Source: Elainellaceae cyanobacterium (lineage in GTDB: Bacteria; Cyanobacteriota; Cyanobacteriia; CAZCXK01). From it: DNA of 27,079 nt. Position numbers and translations under genes: made by a program. Shown here in pieces: positions 9,783 through 21,773 of this stretch (position 1 is its first letter; each line of letters begins with the position of its first letter). A model generated the notes under the pieces. That model was not told where the DNA came from, ran no database searches, and saw nothing but the letters and a program-made list of their open reading frames with translations. The DNA lies in assembly GCA_051117555.1 (NCBI GenBank), contig JBNPEG010000035.1, positions 1-27,079 of the forward strand, written 5' to 3'.

Positions 9783-11633
9783 TTATTCACTTAGACTCGC
9801 CTCTTTGCTAGGTGAATCATCGGAGGACGAGGAAGATTCGCTCTCTGAAAAATTTTCTGCTGGCGAATTGTCTTCTAATGACAAATTATCGTCTGGCGAA
9901 TCTTTTAATGCATCGCTTGAAGAGTCTTCCGAGGCATCTGCTTCTAAAGGATTTTTCTCTGGGGAATCATCTGAAACCGGCTTATCGAGTGCCTGGGGAG
10001 TGTTTTCTGATTCGTTTTCTGATTCGGTTATAGAGTCGTCTGAAATAGAGGGCTGTTTAGGTTTAGCGAAACGGCGTCGAACGCGATTAAAAAACCGTTT
10101 TGTGCTGCTGTCTGTCTTCTCCGTTGATTCTGCATTTGGTTCTAATGAATCATCCAATGAGTCATCTAATGATTGATCCCCTGTCAAAGTTTCCTCATCG
10201 GATGACTCAATCTCGTCGGATGGCTTGATTAAATCGGACGAGCCATCGGGAGCCATATCAGGCATAATCTCAGGAAGACTCCCCGGTTCAGCGGGAGGTT
10301 CGATAACGCTAGGTTGGCGTTTACGTTGCCGAGACTCTGGCTGACTAGGTACTTTCTCATTATCTGGCGACGGTTCAACGGTAACGCTTTGATCTAGATT
10401 GTCTTTCTCGGATGGTTCTTCGGATTCCTTCAACTCAGGTTGCTCTGACTCAGATGGAGACGGTGCCGGAATCGGCTCTGCGCCAGTCGGTTCTTGGGGC
10501 GGTTCTTGGGGCGGTTTTGGGCTAGAGGTTCCCGCTGGGGGTGCTGGGCTGGGTTCCGGTTCTACGCCTTTAGGAGGCGCGTTGGGAGACGGGGTGGGTT
10601 CTGGTTCTGGGGTGAGTTCTGGCTCTAGAGTGGGTTCCGGTGGTTTAGCAGGAGATTCAGCCTTATACGTCGGATCAACGATGCCGCGTACGTCGGATGC
10701 AGAAAGTTCTCCTCGCACCAGTTTTGATAAGGTATCTTGACCATTGGGTTCGAGGGTAATCAGTCGTGCTGTGTTGTTATAGACATTAGGAATGAGCGTG
10801 TCATTTTCATCAAGGAGTTCCAGCTGAATCCAGTTTCTGCCGGTCTTAAATCCTTTCAGGTAAATAGGTTGCCAGCGATCGAACGTAAAACTTTGCCCGT
10901 TGACCGTACAGCGAATTTTCCAGTCGAGAATGTCATCTTGAGCGCTCTCTTGGGCAACCAAATGGAGCGGCACATTGGTCAAATAAAAATCTAGCAAGAT
11001 GGGCTCCGCGCCATAGGTGCCCTTGGGCCTGCTGTAGGTAATCAGAGGCCGATCGGAGCTTGGGGTGTTGGTGGGAGTTTTCGTAAAAACGTGAAAGGTG
11101 GTCTGCGCGAACGCGCCTTCGTTTTTGAAACTCTCGTGCCAAGGGCGGGAGGCGAAGGCTCGAATCGTGTGTGTTCCAGGCTCAAGATCTTCAAAAACGA
11201 GCGGTTCGCTCGGATCATACACGGCTCGATAGGGCTGATTGTCTAAGATGACATGCAAATGAGGTCCTAGACCGTATTCTTCGTTCTTAAATGCGGGTAG
11301 GTCTTGAACGCGCAGCTCTACCGTGACAACCGTATCTTGCAGCACCTCATCAGAACGAGGTCTGAGAATCGTGACTTGAGGCTGTAGGGCGTCTAACGCT
11401 GGGCGAAGTTCTTGAATACTGTCTGGAGGCGATACTTCCGAGAGCTTGCGTGTCGAGATCGTCTTAACAGGTTCGGAACTGCGCGACGTCTTCGACTTGG
11501 CAGGGCGATCGCCACATCCTGTTAACCCAATGCATAGAATGAGCAGCAATGCGATGCCGAGGCATCGCCAATTCAACGGATGCTGTTGTCTATTTCTGTC
11601 AAACACCTTGCTCAACCCTCGTGCGATCGCCAA
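9783..11633 (-). CDS. Hypothetical lipoprotein with globular N-terminal region and long Pro/Glu/Ser/Asp-rich tail; start uncertain
   Basis: Hydrophobic signal ending LTGC (lipobox-like). His-containing segment GPHLHVILDNQPY...HTIRAFASRPWHES. About 290-aa low-complexity C-terminus. Confidence 0.85.
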   Translation of the reverse strand: MAIARGLSKVFDRNRQQHPLNWRCLGIALLLILCIGLTGCGDRPAKSKTSRSSEPVKTISTRKLSEVSPPDSIQELRPALDALQPQVTILRPRSDEVLQDTVVTVELRVQDLPAFKNEEYGLGPHLHVILDNQPYRAVYDPSEPLVFEDLEPGTHTIRAFASRPWHESFKNEGAFAQTTFHVFTKTPTNTPSSDRPLITYSRPKGTYGAEPILLDFYLTNVPLHLVAQESAQDDILDWKIRCTVNGQSFTFDRWQPIYLKGFKTGRNWIQLELLDENDTLIPNVYNNTARLITLEPNGQDTLSKLVRGELSASDVRGIVDPTYKAESPAKPPEPTLEPELTPEPEPTPSPNAPPKGVEPEPSPAPPAGTSSPKPPQEPPQEPTGAEPIPAPSPSESEQPELKESEEPSEKDNLDQSVTVEPSPDNEKVPSQPESRQRKRQPSVIEPPAEPGSLPEIMPDMAPDGSSDLIKPSDEIESSDEETLTGDQSLDDSLDDSLEPNAESTEKTDSSTKRFFNRVRRRFAKPKQPSISDDSITESENESENTPQALDKPVSDDSPEKNPLEADASEDSSSDALKDSPDDNLSLEDNSPAENFSESESSSSSDDSPSKEASLSE

Positions 11634-12235
11634 TCTAGAGTCTAGTCACGTCATCCCAAAGGAACTATATCGGATAACAGACCTCTAATGGGCAAGCTTT
11701 TGATTCAACCTCAGAAATGCTTAAATTTAATGCTCAAATTAATGCTTGAACTCAAAAATTAAGAGTTGTGAAATTATTGGTAGTTTCTCGTCACTTTTCT
11801 ATAGTCATCATAAGTTGTTTCGATTTGTAACGAATTAGTTGTAAGTCAGGCGCTTTTTGCAGTTGGTATTGGTTGCAAGCCTCACCGACTCAAGACTTCC
11901 ACAATTTGAATTATTGTTAAACGCCTTCAAATCGTGCCTGGTTAGAGCACTATAATGCTCGAAAGACCTTACCCCAGGTAGTCGAAATCGTTGTCCTGAG
12001 TTATTTCCTAGGTCGACGATTGCAATCGCTCTCTTCTAACGTAGATAGTTCACAAGCGTTAACCGAAGATTACAAGGCTTAGTTTAGGTTTGCTAAGCGT
12101 GGCTCTAAAAATCTGAAATTAACCGCTTGTTAAGTATTTAGAAGATGCGATCGAATGATCCTGATTCAGTAAGAAAGTGAAATCCTGGGGATGAAGGTTA
12201 ACTTCGTTCCTTGTCTAGAGAGAGGAGAGTCTCTA

Positions 12236-14497
12236 ATGACAACTACCCCACGGGAGCGAGAAGCGAAAGCAAGAGTGGTCGTTGATACTGATCCGGTTCC
12301 TACTTCATTTGAAAAGTGGGCAAAACCTGGTCATTTCGAGCGCTCCCTTGCAAAAGGTCCAAAGACGACAACCTGGATTTGGAACCTACACGCTGACGCT
12401 CACGATTTTGATAGTCATACCAGTGACCTAGAAGATATATCCCGAAAGATCTTCAGCGCTCACTTCGGCCACTTAGCCGTTGTGTTTGTCTGGTTGAGCG
12501 GTATGTACTTTCATGGCGCTCGTTTTTCAAATTATGAAGCTTGGCTGACTGACCCCACCGGCATTAAGCCGAGTGCTCAGGTCGTCTGGCCAATCGTTGG
12601 ACAAGAAATTTTGAATGCAGATGTCGGTGGCGGTTTCCAAGGAATCCAAATTACCTCTGGATTCTTCCAATTATGGAGAGCCTCCGGAATTACGAATGAA
12701 TTCCAGCTTTACTGCACCGCTATTGGTGGGCTAGTGATGGCAGCATTAATGCTGTTTGCTGGCTGGTTCCATTACCACAAAAAGGCTCCAAAGCTTGAGT
12801 GGTTCCAAAATGTGGAATCCATGATGAACCATCATCTAGCTGGTTTGTTAGGTCTGGGGTCTTTGGGATGGGCCGGTCACCAAATTCACGTGTCCCTCCC
12901 CATCAACAAATTGCTGGATGCAGGGGTGGCTCCTGGAGATATTCCACTGCCCCATGAATTTATCCTCGACTCTAGCCTAATGGCAGAGCTATATCCTAGT
13001 TTTGCGAAAGGATTAACTCCTTTCTTTACCCTGAATTGGGCAGCCTATTCAGATTTCCTCACCTTCAAGGGGGGGCTAAATCCTGTTACAGGTGGCCTGT
13101 GGCTGTCAGATACGGCTCATCACCATTTGGCGATCGCTGTCCTGTTTATTATTGCGGGTCACATGTACCGCACAAACTGGGGCATCGGTCACAGCATGAA
13201 AGAAATTTTAGAGGCACACAAAGATCCTCTAATCATTGGTGGTGAAGGTCATAAGGGTCTCTATGAGATTCTGACGACCTCATGGCATGCTCAGTTGGCT
13301 GTCAATCTGGCTCTATTGGGTTCTCTTACGATCATCGTTGCTCATCACATGTACGCGATGCCTCCGTATCCGTACATCGCAACGGATTATCCCACCCAGC
13401 TTTCCTTGTTTACCCACCACATGTGGATTGGAGGATTCTTGGTTGTGGGAGCCGGAGCACACGGAGCCATTTTCATGGTGCGCGACTATGACCCCGCTAA
13501 GAATGTGAATAACGTTCTCGATCGGGTGATTCGCCACCGGGATGCAATTATTTCCCACCTAAACTGGGTTTGCATCTTCCTGGGTTTCCACAGCTTTGGC
13601 TTATATATCCACAACGACACGATGCGGGCTTTGGGTCGTCCTCAAGACATGTTCTCGGATACGGCGATTCAGCTTCAGCCTGTGTTTGCTCAGTGGGTAC
13701 AAAACCTACATACTCTTGCGCCTGGAAGTACAGCTCCAAATGCGCTAGCCCCGGTTAGCTACGCATTCGGCGGTGATGTCATGGCGGTGGGTGGAAAGGT
13801 CGCCATGATGCCAATTGCTTTAGGCACGGCAGATTTCATGGTGCATCATATCCACGCGTTCACAATCCACGTCACGGTGCTGATTCTGTTGAAGGGTGTG
13901 TTGTACGCTCGGAATTCTCGCTTAATCCCTGACAAGAGTGAGCTAGGTTTCCGATTCCCCTGTGATGGTCCGGGTCGCGGCGGCACCTGCCAAGTCTCCG
14001 GTTGGGATCACGTATTCTTGGGTTTGTTCTGGATGTATAACTCCCTATCGATTGTGATTTTCCACTTCAGTTGGAAGATGCAGTCTGATGTATGGGGAAC
14101 CGTTTCTCCAGATGGCTCAGTGGCTCACATTACGGGTGGCAATTTTGCCCAGAGTGCAATCACAATCAATGGTTGGTTGCGCGACTTCTTGTGGGCACAA
14201 GCGGTTCAGGTCATTGGTTCCTACGGCTCAGCTCTGTCTGCGTATGGCTTGCTGTTCCTTGGGGCACACTTTGTCTGGGCGTTTAGCTTGATGTTCTTAT
14301 TCAGTGGTCGTGGCTACTGGCAAGAACTCATTGAATCGATTGTTTGGGCTCACAATAAGCTGAGAGTTGCTCCTGCAATTCAGCCTCGTGCTCTGAGCAT
14401 TATTCAGGGTCGTGCTGTCGGGGTAGCTCACTATCTTCTCGGAGGAATTGTTACCACTTGGGCATTCTTCCTCGCCCGAATCATTACAGTAGGATGA
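12236..14497 (+). CDS. psaA: Photosystem I P700 apoprotein A1
   Basis: Starts [11 protein letters not shown] at ATG 12236 after a GAGGAG RBS (the ORF-track start at 12191 is too early). Contains [10 protein letters not shown] and the Fx motif [13 protein letters not shown]. Confidence 0.99.
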   Translation: MTTTPREREAKARVVVDTDPVPTSFEKWAKPGHFERSLAKGPKTTTWIWNLHADAHDFDSHTSDLEDISRKIFSAHFGHLAVVFVWLSGMYFHGARFSNYEAWLTDPTGIKPSAQVVWPIVGQEILNADVGGGFQGIQITSGFFQLWRASGITNEFQLYCTAIGGLVMAALMLFAGWFHYHKKAPKLEWFQNVESMMNHHLAGLLGLGSLGWAGHQIHVSLPINKLLDAGVAPGDIPLPHEFILDSSLMAELYPSFAKGLTPFFTLNWAAYSDFLTFKGGLNPVTGGLWLSDTAHHHLAIAVLFIIAGHMYRTNWGIGHSMKEILEAHKDPLIIGGEGHKGLYEILTTSWHAQLAVNLALLGSLTIIVAHHMYAMPPYPYIATDYPTQLSLFTHHMWIGGFLVVGAGAHGAIFMVRDYDPAKNVNNVLDRVIRHRDAIISHLNWVCIFLGFHSFGLYIHNDTMRALGRPQDMFSDTAIQLQPVFAQWVQNLHTLAPGSTAPNALAPVSYAFGGDVMAVGGKVAMMPIALGTADFMVHHIHAFTIHVTVLILLKGVLYARNSRLIPDKSELGFRFPCDGPGRGGTCQVSGWDHVFLGLFWMYNSLSIVIFHFSWKMQSDVWGTVSPDGSVAHITGGNFAQSAITINGWLRDFLWAQAVQVIGSYGSALSAYGLLFLGAHFVWAFSLMFLFSGRGYWQELIESIVWAHNKLRVAPAIQPRALSIIQGRAVGVAHYLLGGIVTTWAFFLARIITVG

Positions 14498-14522
14498 GCA
14501 CGAGTAGGACTCGCTAAGACTT

Positions 14523-16751
14523 ATGGCAACTAAATTCCCAAAATTTAGCCAGGATCTGGCTCAGGATCCGACAACACGTCGGATCTGGTACGGGATTGCC
14601 ACAGCCCACGATTTTGAAAGTCACGATGGCATGACCGAGGAGAATCTTTATCAAAAGATTTTTGCCTCTCACTTTGGTCATCTGGCTGTTATTTTCCTGT
14701 GGACGTCTGGGCACCTGTTCCACGTCGCCTGGCAAGGTAACTTTGAACAGTGGATTAAAGATCCTCTTAATGTCCGTCCCATTGCACACGCAATTTGGGA
14801 CCCCCACTTTGGTCAACCTGCCGTTGATGCGTTTACGCAGGCAGGAGCATCCAATCCAGTAAACATCGCATATTCGGGGGTGTACCACTGGTGGTACACC
14901 ATCGGGATGCGCACCAACAATGAGCTCTATAGCGGCGCGGTTTTTCTGTTGCTGCTGGCTGCAATCTTCCTGTTTGCAGGTTGGTTACATCTCCAGCCAA
15001 AGTTCCGCCCGAGCTTGTCCTGGTTTAAGAACGCCGAGTCTCGACTCAACCACCATTTGGCTGGTCTGTTCGGCGTTAGCTCTCTTGCTTGGACAGGTCA
15101 CTTGGTGCATGTGGCAATCCCTGAGTCTCGTGGTCAGCACGTGGGTTGGGATAATTTCTTGACCACCCCTCCTCATCCAGCCGGTTTGATGCCATTCTTT
15201 ACCGGAAACTGGGGAGTGTATGCAGAAAACCCAGATACGGCTGAGCATATTTTCAGTACGTCTCAGGGTGCAGGCACTGCAATCTTGACCTTTCTGGGTG
15301 GTTTCCATCCTCAAACTGAGTCTCTGTGGTTGACTGATATTGCTCATCACCATTTGGCGATCGCCGTGATCTTCATCGTTGCAGGGCACATGTACCGAAC
15401 CAATTTTGGTATTGGTCACAGCATCCGGGAGATCTTGAAAGCTCATCGCCCACCTGAAGGAACTCCGTTTGGTGGTACGTTGGGTCGAGGCCATGAGGGG
15501 CTATATGACACATTGAATAACTCCCTGCATTTCCAGCTAGCATTAGCGCTGGCGTCTCTGGGCGTTGTCACCTCTCTAGTCGCTCAACATATGTACTCGT
15601 TGCCGCCGTATGCGTTTATGGCGCGAGACTACACGACTCAGGCCGCACTTTACACGCATCACCAGTACATTGCTGGCTTCATCATGGTAGGGGCGTTTGC
15701 CCACGGCGCGATTTTCCTAGTTCGCGACTATGATCCAGCAGCCAACAAAAATAATGTGCTGGATCGGGTATTGCAGCATAAGGAAGCCATTATTTCTCAC
15801 TTGAGCTGGGTATCGTTGTTCCTCGGTTTCCACACGTTAGGTCTTTACGTTCACAATGACGTGATGCAGGCGTTTGGTACTCCTGAGAAGCAAATTCTAA
15901 TCGAACCGGTCTTTGCTCAGTGGATTCAGGCATCTCACGGAAAGGCGCTCTACGGATTTGATGTCCTCTTGTCGAATCCTGATAGCATTGCGACGACTGC
16001 CTGGCCGAATCACGGGAATGTTTGGCTACCCGGCTGGTTAGATGCAATCAACAGTGGTACCAATTCCCTGTTCTTAACCATCGGCCCTGGTGACTTCCTC
16101 GTTCACCATGCGATCGCCCTAGGTCTGCACACCACAACCCTAATCTTGGTAAAAGGTGCGCTAGATGCTCGCGGTTCGAAGCTGATGCCTGACAAGAAGG
16201 ACTTTGGCTACACCTTCCCTTGTGACGGTCCTGGGCGGGGTGGCACCTGCGATATTTCCGCTTGGGATGCTTTCTACCTCGCCATGTTCTGGATGTTAAA
16301 TACCATCGGATGGGTTACCTTCTATTGGCACTGGAAACATCTAGCTGTCTGGCAAGGCAACGTCGCACAGTTTAACGAGTCGTCTACCTATCTAATGGGC
16401 TGGCTGCGCGACTATCTGTGGCTCAATTCCTCTCAGTTGATTAATGGGTACAACCCCTACGGAATGAATAACCTGGCTGTTTGGGCTTGGATGTTCCTAT
16501 TCGGACACCTGGTCTGGGCAACAGGATTTATGTTCCTGATCTCTTGGAGAGGGTACTGGCAAGAGCTTATCGAAACAGTTGTTTGGGCACATGAGCGGAC
16601 TCCTCTAGCTAACTTGGTTCGCTGGAAGGATAAGCCTGTTGCTCTATCGATTGTCCAAGCTCGTCTCGTTGGATTGGCTCACTTTACAGTGGGGTATATC
16701 CTTACCTATGCAGCCTTCCTGATTGCCTCGACGGCATCGCGATACGGTTGA
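14523..16751 (+). CDS. psaB: Photosystem I P700 apoprotein A2
   Basis: [22 protein letters not shown], Fx motif [13 protein letters not shown] and [11 protein letters not shown]. Confidence 0.99.
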   Translation: MATKFPKFSQDLAQDPTTRRIWYGIATAHDFESHDGMTEENLYQKIFASHFGHLAVIFLWTSGHLFHVAWQGNFEQWIKDPLNVRPIAHAIWDPHFGQPAVDAFTQAGASNPVNIAYSGVYHWWYTIGMRTNNELYSGAVFLLLLAAIFLFAGWLHLQPKFRPSLSWFKNAESRLNHHLAGLFGVSSLAWTGHLVHVAIPESRGQHVGWDNFLTTPPHPAGLMPFFTGNWGVYAENPDTAEHIFSTSQGAGTAILTFLGGFHPQTESLWLTDIAHHHLAIAVIFIVAGHMYRTNFGIGHSIREILKAHRPPEGTPFGGTLGRGHEGLYDTLNNSLHFQLALALASLGVVTSLVAQHMYSLPPYAFMARDYTTQAALYTHHQYIAGFIMVGAFAHGAIFLVRDYDPAANKNNVLDRVLQHKEAIISHLSWVSLFLGFHTLGLYVHNDVMQAFGTPEKQILIEPVFAQWIQASHGKALYGFDVLLSNPDSIATTAWPNHGNVWLPGWLDAINSGTNSLFLTIGPGDFLVHHAIALGLHTTTLILVKGALDARGSKLMPDKKDFGYTFPCDGPGRGGTCDISAWDAFYLAMFWMLNTIGWVTFYWHWKHLAVWQGNVAQFNESSTYLMGWLRDYLWLNSSQLINGYNPYGMNNLAVWAWMFLFGHLVWATGFMFLISWRGYWQELIETVVWAHERTPLANLVRWKDKPVALSIVQARLVGLAHFTVGYILTYAAFLIASTASRYG

Positions 16752-16773
16752 CGTTTGAATAATTAGGTCAATC

Positions 16774-16807
16774 AAAAATCCCTCGCAGGTTGCGGGGGAT
16801 TTTTTTT
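16774..16807. terminator. Bidirectional Rho-independent terminator after psaB
   Basis: AAAAATCCCTCGCA-ggt-TGCGGGGGATTTTTTTT, with an A-run on the left and a T-run on the right, between convergent genes. Confidence 0.9.
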
Positions 16808-16838
16808 AGTACCAGGCACTCCCGCAAATCTCAGGAAG

Positions 16839-17612
16839 CTATCTAGCCGCATCTGAGACTAATACCTGCAAAAGTTTTACGATATTGTCTAGATCTCCCA
16901 CGACGCGTCGTGATGGGTGAGGCCATACCTTGACTAGCGTTGGGGTCGCTGTGATTTGATGAGCCTCTGCTTGGTCAGGATGTTTATGAGTATCAATAAC
17001 TTTCAGGGTGTAAGGTTGCTGAAGCGAGGTTTCTAAAAGCTGATGGAGATTTTGTAAGATTCTCTCGGTGACAACGCTGTGACCCGACACAAAAAGCCGA
17101 AAAACATATCCTCGAGAGTCTTGCCTTGTGCTAGATGGAGACCAAGACACCGTTGAATTCAAGCCGGCATCTGCATTCTGTGAATCTCTGGCGTCTAGGC
17201 GGATAACTAAATCATGATCTTCCCAAAGTTGAGGGAATTGGTTGCGATATGAAATCAGCACCCCCAAATCTCCCATGCCCTTAGGCGGAGGAGTAATTTC
17301 CCAAGCTGAATGTTCAAGCCCAAATAAGGTATTAAGCAATGCTCGATACCGCACTACCGCAGGACACGCTTCTGAAAAAGTCCGCAGTTGACGAGTGTGC
17401 GGATCAAGCCAGCGATCAACTGTCGCAGTATAGAAGGGGACTAAAAAATGGGGAGGCTCTGGCAGCCCGAGCATATCTTGCAGGACTGCACAGAGCTGGA
17501 GATGCCAACGGTTTTGCTTATGAGGGTCAATACAATATGCCAAATCCCCCCCTGGGGTAAACAGGGCAATGCCCTTAAATAAAGGAGGGGGAAGAGGTGA
17601 ATGAGACCTCAC
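16839..17612 (-). CDS. KaiB-domain protein (uncharacterised N-terminal domain plus C-terminal KaiB/thioredoxin-like domain)
   Basis: C-terminal YVFRLFVSG...YTLKVID...PDQAEAHQITATPTLVKVWPHPSRRVVGDL. GTG start lies 2 nt after the pilT2 stop. No kaiA or kaiC nearby. Confidence 0.9.
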   Translation of the reverse strand: MRSHSPLPPPLFKGIALFTPGGDLAYCIDPHKQNRWHLQLCAVLQDMLGLPEPPHFLVPFYTATVDRWLDPHTRQLRTFSEACPAVVRYRALLNTLFGLEHSAWEITPPPKGMGDLGVLISYRNQFPQLWEDHDLVIRLDARDSQNADAGLNSTVSWSPSSTRQDSRGYVFRLFVSGHSVVTERILQNLHQLLETSLQQPYTLKVIDTHKHPDQAEAHQITATPTLVKVWPHPSRRVVGDLDNIVKLLQVLVSDAAR

Positions 17613-17614
17613 GG

Positions 17615-18979
17615 CTATACACGACCTCGGAGAATTTGAGCCATTTCGTTAGGCTTCGGTGACATTTCTAACGCCGTTTCTTCTGTGATTCGACCTGCTT
17701 CGTACAGCATATAAATTGACTGATTCATCGTACACATGCCATCAAATGTACATTTCGGGATGAGTTCTTCGACTGCATCTAAATCCCCCTTCATGATGTA
17801 GTCTTTGATAGCATCGGTGTTAATCATGATGTCGTGGAACGCAGCCCGTTTACCGTCAGTTGTCCGGCATAGACCTTGAGCAATGACTGCGACCAATGAT
17901 TCGGCTAACGAAACTCGCATGGGGGCTTGTTGGTCTGGTTCATAGAGATTTAAAATCCGCTCTACGGTTTTCACGGCGCTGTTCGTGTGCAAGGTTCCCA
18001 TGACCAGGTGCCCTGTTTGTGCTGCTTTGAGTGCGGTGTTAACGGTTTCTTTGTCCCGCATTTCACCCACCAGGATTACATCAGGATCTTCGCGCAGAGC
18101 CGCCTTCAGCGCATTATCAAACTCTAAGGTATGGATGCCGACTTCACGTTGCTTAATTAAAGCTTTACGGCTTTGATGAACAAATTCGATGGGGTCTTCG
18201 ATAGTAATGACATGGCGGGGCATTTCTTTGTTCATGTAATCAATCATGGCAGCCATGGTGGTTGACTTACCTGATCCGGTTGGTCCAGTGACTAGAATGA
18301 GCCCCTTATGGTAATGGCATATGTCCTTAAAGACGACGGGCAAGTTAAGCTGTTCAATGGTCAGAATTTTCTTGGGAATGAGACGCAGCACCATTGCGGG
18401 TCCTAACAGAGAGTCGAAAATATTGATTCTGACCCGCGCAAACTCATAGTCAGCTGCACCGTCAAAATCAAGATGATCTTTGAATCGTTGGATATCGGCA
18501 TCGTTTAAGACTTCTGCTATCCAGCTAAAGAAGGTCTGCTCATCGATTAGAGGATATTCTGTAACTAAAATTTCACCGCGATCGCGAAATCTGGGGACTT
18601 CACCCACTCCCAAATGAAGGTCAGAAAAGCCCTTATCAAACGCTTCTTTAACAAGCTGCGCCAGCGTGGGTGATCCGGCACTTAATCGTCCTCGAGAAGC
18701 CGGCGTTCTCATGGGCGGCGGGGCAGCAGGGCGATGCCCAGACGGAGGCGGTGGAGGGGCTGGCATCGGAGGACGCCCAGACGGCGCAGTCCGATTAGCT
18801 GTGTTGGAACTATTGCTATTCACATTTGGGTTTACGGTTGTCTCAGGTCCATTTGCCATGGTCTGTTGAGGCGTATGCTGAGTCGCACCAGGCGGGGTAC
18901 CAGGAACTGAACGTCTAGGAGGTGGTGGTGGCACTCCTGGCATTGAGGGTGGAGTGGACGGACGTTGTGCTTCTGTCAT
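17615..18979 (-). CDS. pilT2: Type IV pilus retraction ATPase, PilT2-type, with Pro-rich N-terminal extension
   Basis: SDLHL, Walker A GPTGSGKST, TIEDPIE, ALREDPDVILVGEMRD and TGHLVMGTLHT. The AIRNLIRE motif is replaced by AIKDYIMK. About 100-aa Pro-rich N-terminus. Confidence 0.92.
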   Translation of the reverse strand: MTEAQRPSTPPSMPGVPPPPPRRSVPGTPPGATQHTPQQTMANGPETTVNPNVNSNSSNTANRTAPSGRPPMPAPPPPPSGHRPAAPPPMRTPASRGRLSAGSPTLAQLVKEAFDKGFSDLHLGVGEVPRFRDRGEILVTEYPLIDEQTFFSWIAEVLNDADIQRFKDHLDFDGAADYEFARVRINIFDSLLGPAMVLRLIPKKILTIEQLNLPVVFKDICHYHKGLILVTGPTGSGKSTTMAAMIDYMNKEMPRHVITIEDPIEFVHQSRKALIKQREVGIHTLEFDNALKAALREDPDVILVGEMRDKETVNTALKAAQTGHLVMGTLHTNSAVKTVERILNLYEPDQQAPMRVSLAESLVAVIAQGLCRTTDGKRAAFHDIMINTDAIKDYIMKGDLDAVEELIPKCTFDGMCTMNQSIYMLYEAGRITEETALEMSPKPNEMAQILRGRV

Positions 18980-19164
18980 AGACCGATTCCTGATGTGAGT
19001 GTGAGAACGTAAACAAGCTAAGACGTTTCAGCCTCATGTTGCCCGAAACGCTAGATTTTACAGCAATTGCGATCGCCAGATGGACAGCTTAGGCACTCAT
19101 GCTGAATTCTAGGTAGACGTAAATTCAACGGTGAGGAAGGACTATTTGAAATGGAATCATATGC

Positions 19165-19190
19165 CAAATTATTAATTCAAATTATTAATT
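19165..19190. repeat. Exact 13-bp tandem duplication (CAAATTATTAATT x2) in the pilT2/dxs divergent region
   Basis: Read directly at 19165-19177 and 19178-19190. Confidence 0.7.
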
Positions 19191-19487
19191 TAAGGCTACG
19201 GGGTATGTTCAGCGTTCGTCAACTTGATATCAAGCTTCTGAATGTCAACTCTTCTGTGAGCTTTCCCAGAAGTGACCGGGATATTTCACGTTCGTAAATG
19301 TTTTAAATTTGCTAAGTGAACATGCTTAGCATTCTTTCTCTGAGACGTATTGTAAATTTCAAGACTATTTGGAAGATATAAATCCTTTACTAAATACGTT
19401 TATGCTGCCCCTAAGTGACGTATATGAACAAATCCAGACAAACCTAAGACAAGAAAAATATCATTGTGAATCATCCTCTGAGTCATA

Positions 19488-19578
19488 TATAGCGATCCCA
19501 AATCGCTTGTGAATTGTGTGTGAGTAGTGGGGCGGGCGCTGCCCGCCTACTACTCACAACCCATCTGGGATTGCCATA
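19488..19578. mobile_element. MITE-like element, copy 2 (intact, ~90 bp)
   Basis: TATAGCGATCCCAAAT...ATCTGGGATTGCCATA terminal inverted repeats in a TA-rich site. Central ~18-bp hairpin TGTGAGTAGTGGGGCGGGC-gct-GCCCGCCTACTACTCACA. Confidence 0.8.
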
Positions 19579-19807
19579 TATGAGCTGAGAGATTAACTAT
19601 TTCTCCAACGAAACCAGAGTTGAACAAACAACAGTAAAGTTTTTTCTCAGTAGCGCGATCTCGTGAACCCAATCATGAGAATACTGAAACATTGGAATGC
19701 TTCATACACTCCAGTACAGTCGACCTAATCACTTTCTTCAATTGGAGTTAGAGTAAAAAAGGTCACTAGAAAGTCCCCTAATTCGTGATTTGGAAAGGTA
19801 TATCCCT

Positions 19808-21715
19808 ATGCACCTGAGTGAATTGACCCACCCCAATCAGCTTCATGGACTGTCGATTCATCAATTGAAACAGATTGCTCGTCAAATTCGGGAAAAACAC
19901 CTAGAGACAGTTGCTGCTACAGGCGGTCATCTTGGCCCTGGTCTGGGCGTGGTGGAATTGACCCTAGCGCTTTATCAGACTCTCGACTTAGACCATGACA
20001 AGGTCATTTGGGATGTTGGTCACCAGGCATATCCTCACAAGCTCATCACCGGACGATACAAAAATTTCCATACGCTGCGTCAGAAAGACGGTGTTGCAGG
20101 CTATCTAAAGCGCTGCGAGAACCCATTTGACCATTTTGGAGCAGGTCATGCCTCGACCAGTATCTCGGCTGCTCTGGGAATGGCGATCGCCCGTGATATG
20201 AGAGGCGAAACCAATAAGGTCGTTGCCGTAATTGGCGACGGCGCTCTAACCGGAGGAATGGCGCTAGAGGCCATCAACCACGCAGGGCATTTGCCAAACA
20301 CCAATCTCATGGTGGTTCTCAACGACAATGACATGTCTATCTCTCCCAATGTGGGCGCGATTTCGCGGTATCTCAATAAGATGCGGTTGAGTCCTCCCAT
20401 GCAGTTTTTGACCGATAACTTAGAGGAGCAATTCAAACACCTCCCCTTTGTTGGAGAATCCCTATCTCCCGAGTTTCATCGACTCAAAGAAGGCATGAAA
20501 CGGTTAGCAATTCCCAAAGTAGGGGCGGTGTTTGAAGAACTTGGCTTCACCTACATGGGCCCCGTTGATGGTCATAATCTTGAAGACCTGATTTCGACTT
20601 TTAAGGAAGGACATAAGCATTCTGGGCCAGTGCTCATTCATGTTGCCACGATGAAGGGTAAAGGCTATGCGATCGCCGAGAAAGATCAGGTCGGATATCA
20701 TGCTCAAAGTCCGTTTAACCTAACCACGGGCAAAGCTGCTCCAGCCAGTAAACCCAAGCCTCCAGGTTATTCTAAGGTCTTCGCTCACACGTTGGTTAAG
20801 TTGGCGGAGAATAATCCCAAAATTATCGGCATTACGGCTGCCATGGCAACTGGAACTGGCTTAGATAAACTCCAAGCTAAATTGCCCAAGCAGTATATTG
20901 ATGTCGGCATTGCTGAGCAACATGCTGTTACCCTTGCGGCAGGTCTTGCCTGTGAAGGCATGCGCCCCGTTGCAGCCATTTATTCCACGTTCTTGCAACG
21001 GGCTTACGACCAAATCATCCACGACGTGTGCATTCAAAACCTTCCGGTGTTCTTCTGTCTCGACCGAGCAGGCATTGTCGGGAATGATGGCCCGACTCAT
21101 CAAGGCATGTATGATATCGCCTACCTGCGCTGCATCCCCAATATGGTCGTGATGGCACCTAAAGATGAAGCAGAGCTTCAGCGCATGGTGGTCACCGGAA
21201 TCAATCACACAAGCAGTCCTATTGCGATGCGATATCCGCGTGGTAGCGGATATGGCGTTCCTCTCATGGAAGAAGGTTGGGAGCCTCTCCCCATCGGGAA
21301 GGGCGAAATCCTCAGAAATGGCGACGACACGTTGCTAATTGGCTATGGCTCAATGGTTTATACCACCATGCAGGCAGCTGAAATTCTCAGTGAACACGGG
21401 ATTGAAGCAACCGTCATTAATGCTCGGTTTGTGAAACCGCTCGACCTTGAGTTAATTCTGCCTCTAGCTAAGAGGATTGGTCGCGTGGTCACCTTAGAAG
21501 AAGGCTGCGCGATGGGCGGATTTGGTTCTGCGGTCGCTGAGGCACTGCTCGATGCTAATATCCTGGTTCCGATTACTCGGATTGGGGTTCCTGACCAGCT
21601 CGTAGATCACGCCAAACCCGATCAGTCTAAGGCGGCCGTCGGGCTGACAGCGCCCCAAATTGCCGAACGTGTTCTCAAAACATTTGAGCAAGAACCCTCT
21701 CCGGTCAAGGTTTAA
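19808..21715 (+). CDS. dxs: 1-deoxy-D-xylulose-5-phosphate synthase
   Basis: ATG 19808 gives [12 protein letters not shown]. Motifs [23 protein letters not shown] motif GDGALTGG...[12 protein letters not shown] and DGPTHQG. Confidence 0.98.
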   Translation: MHLSELTHPNQLHGLSIHQLKQIARQIREKHLETVAATGGHLGPGLGVVELTLALYQTLDLDHDKVIWDVGHQAYPHKLITGRYKNFHTLRQKDGVAGYLKRCENPFDHFGAGHASTSISAALGMAIARDMRGETNKVVAVIGDGALTGGMALEAINHAGHLPNTNLMVVLNDNDMSISPNVGAISRYLNKMRLSPPMQFLTDNLEEQFKHLPFVGESLSPEFHRLKEGMKRLAIPKVGAVFEELGFTYMGPVDGHNLEDLISTFKEGHKHSGPVLIHVATMKGKGYAIAEKDQVGYHAQSPFNLTTGKAAPASKPKPPGYSKVFAHTLVKLAENNPKIIGITAAMATGTGLDKLQAKLPKQYIDVGIAEQHAVTLAAGLACEGMRPVAAIYSTFLQRAYDQIIHDVCIQNLPVFFCLDRAGIVGNDGPTHQGMYDIAYLRCIPNMVVMAPKDEAELQRMVVTGINHTSSPIAMRYPRGSGYGVPLMEEGWEPLPIGKGEILRNGDDTLLIGYGSMVYTTMQAAEILSEHGIEATVINARFVKPLDLELILPLAKRIGRVVTLEEGCAMGGFGSAVAEALLDANILVPITRIGVPDQLVDHAKPDQSKAAVGLTAPQIAERVLKTFEQEPSPVKV

Positions 21716-21773
21716 GGTCTGAGACTCATCGGCTGTGCTATTTTGACCGATACGTGGAAAGCCCTATTTATTT

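Noticed and set aside
11820..12080. RpaB HLR1 or NtcA sites upstream of psaA
   Set aside because: TTACA half-sites are present, but spacing and matches are too poor to call by eye.
12236..16751. Far-red-light (FaRLiP) photosystem I paralogues
   Set aside because: The sequences look like standard PsaA/PsaB, and no rfpABC, chlF or paralogous psa/psb/apc genes are adjacent.
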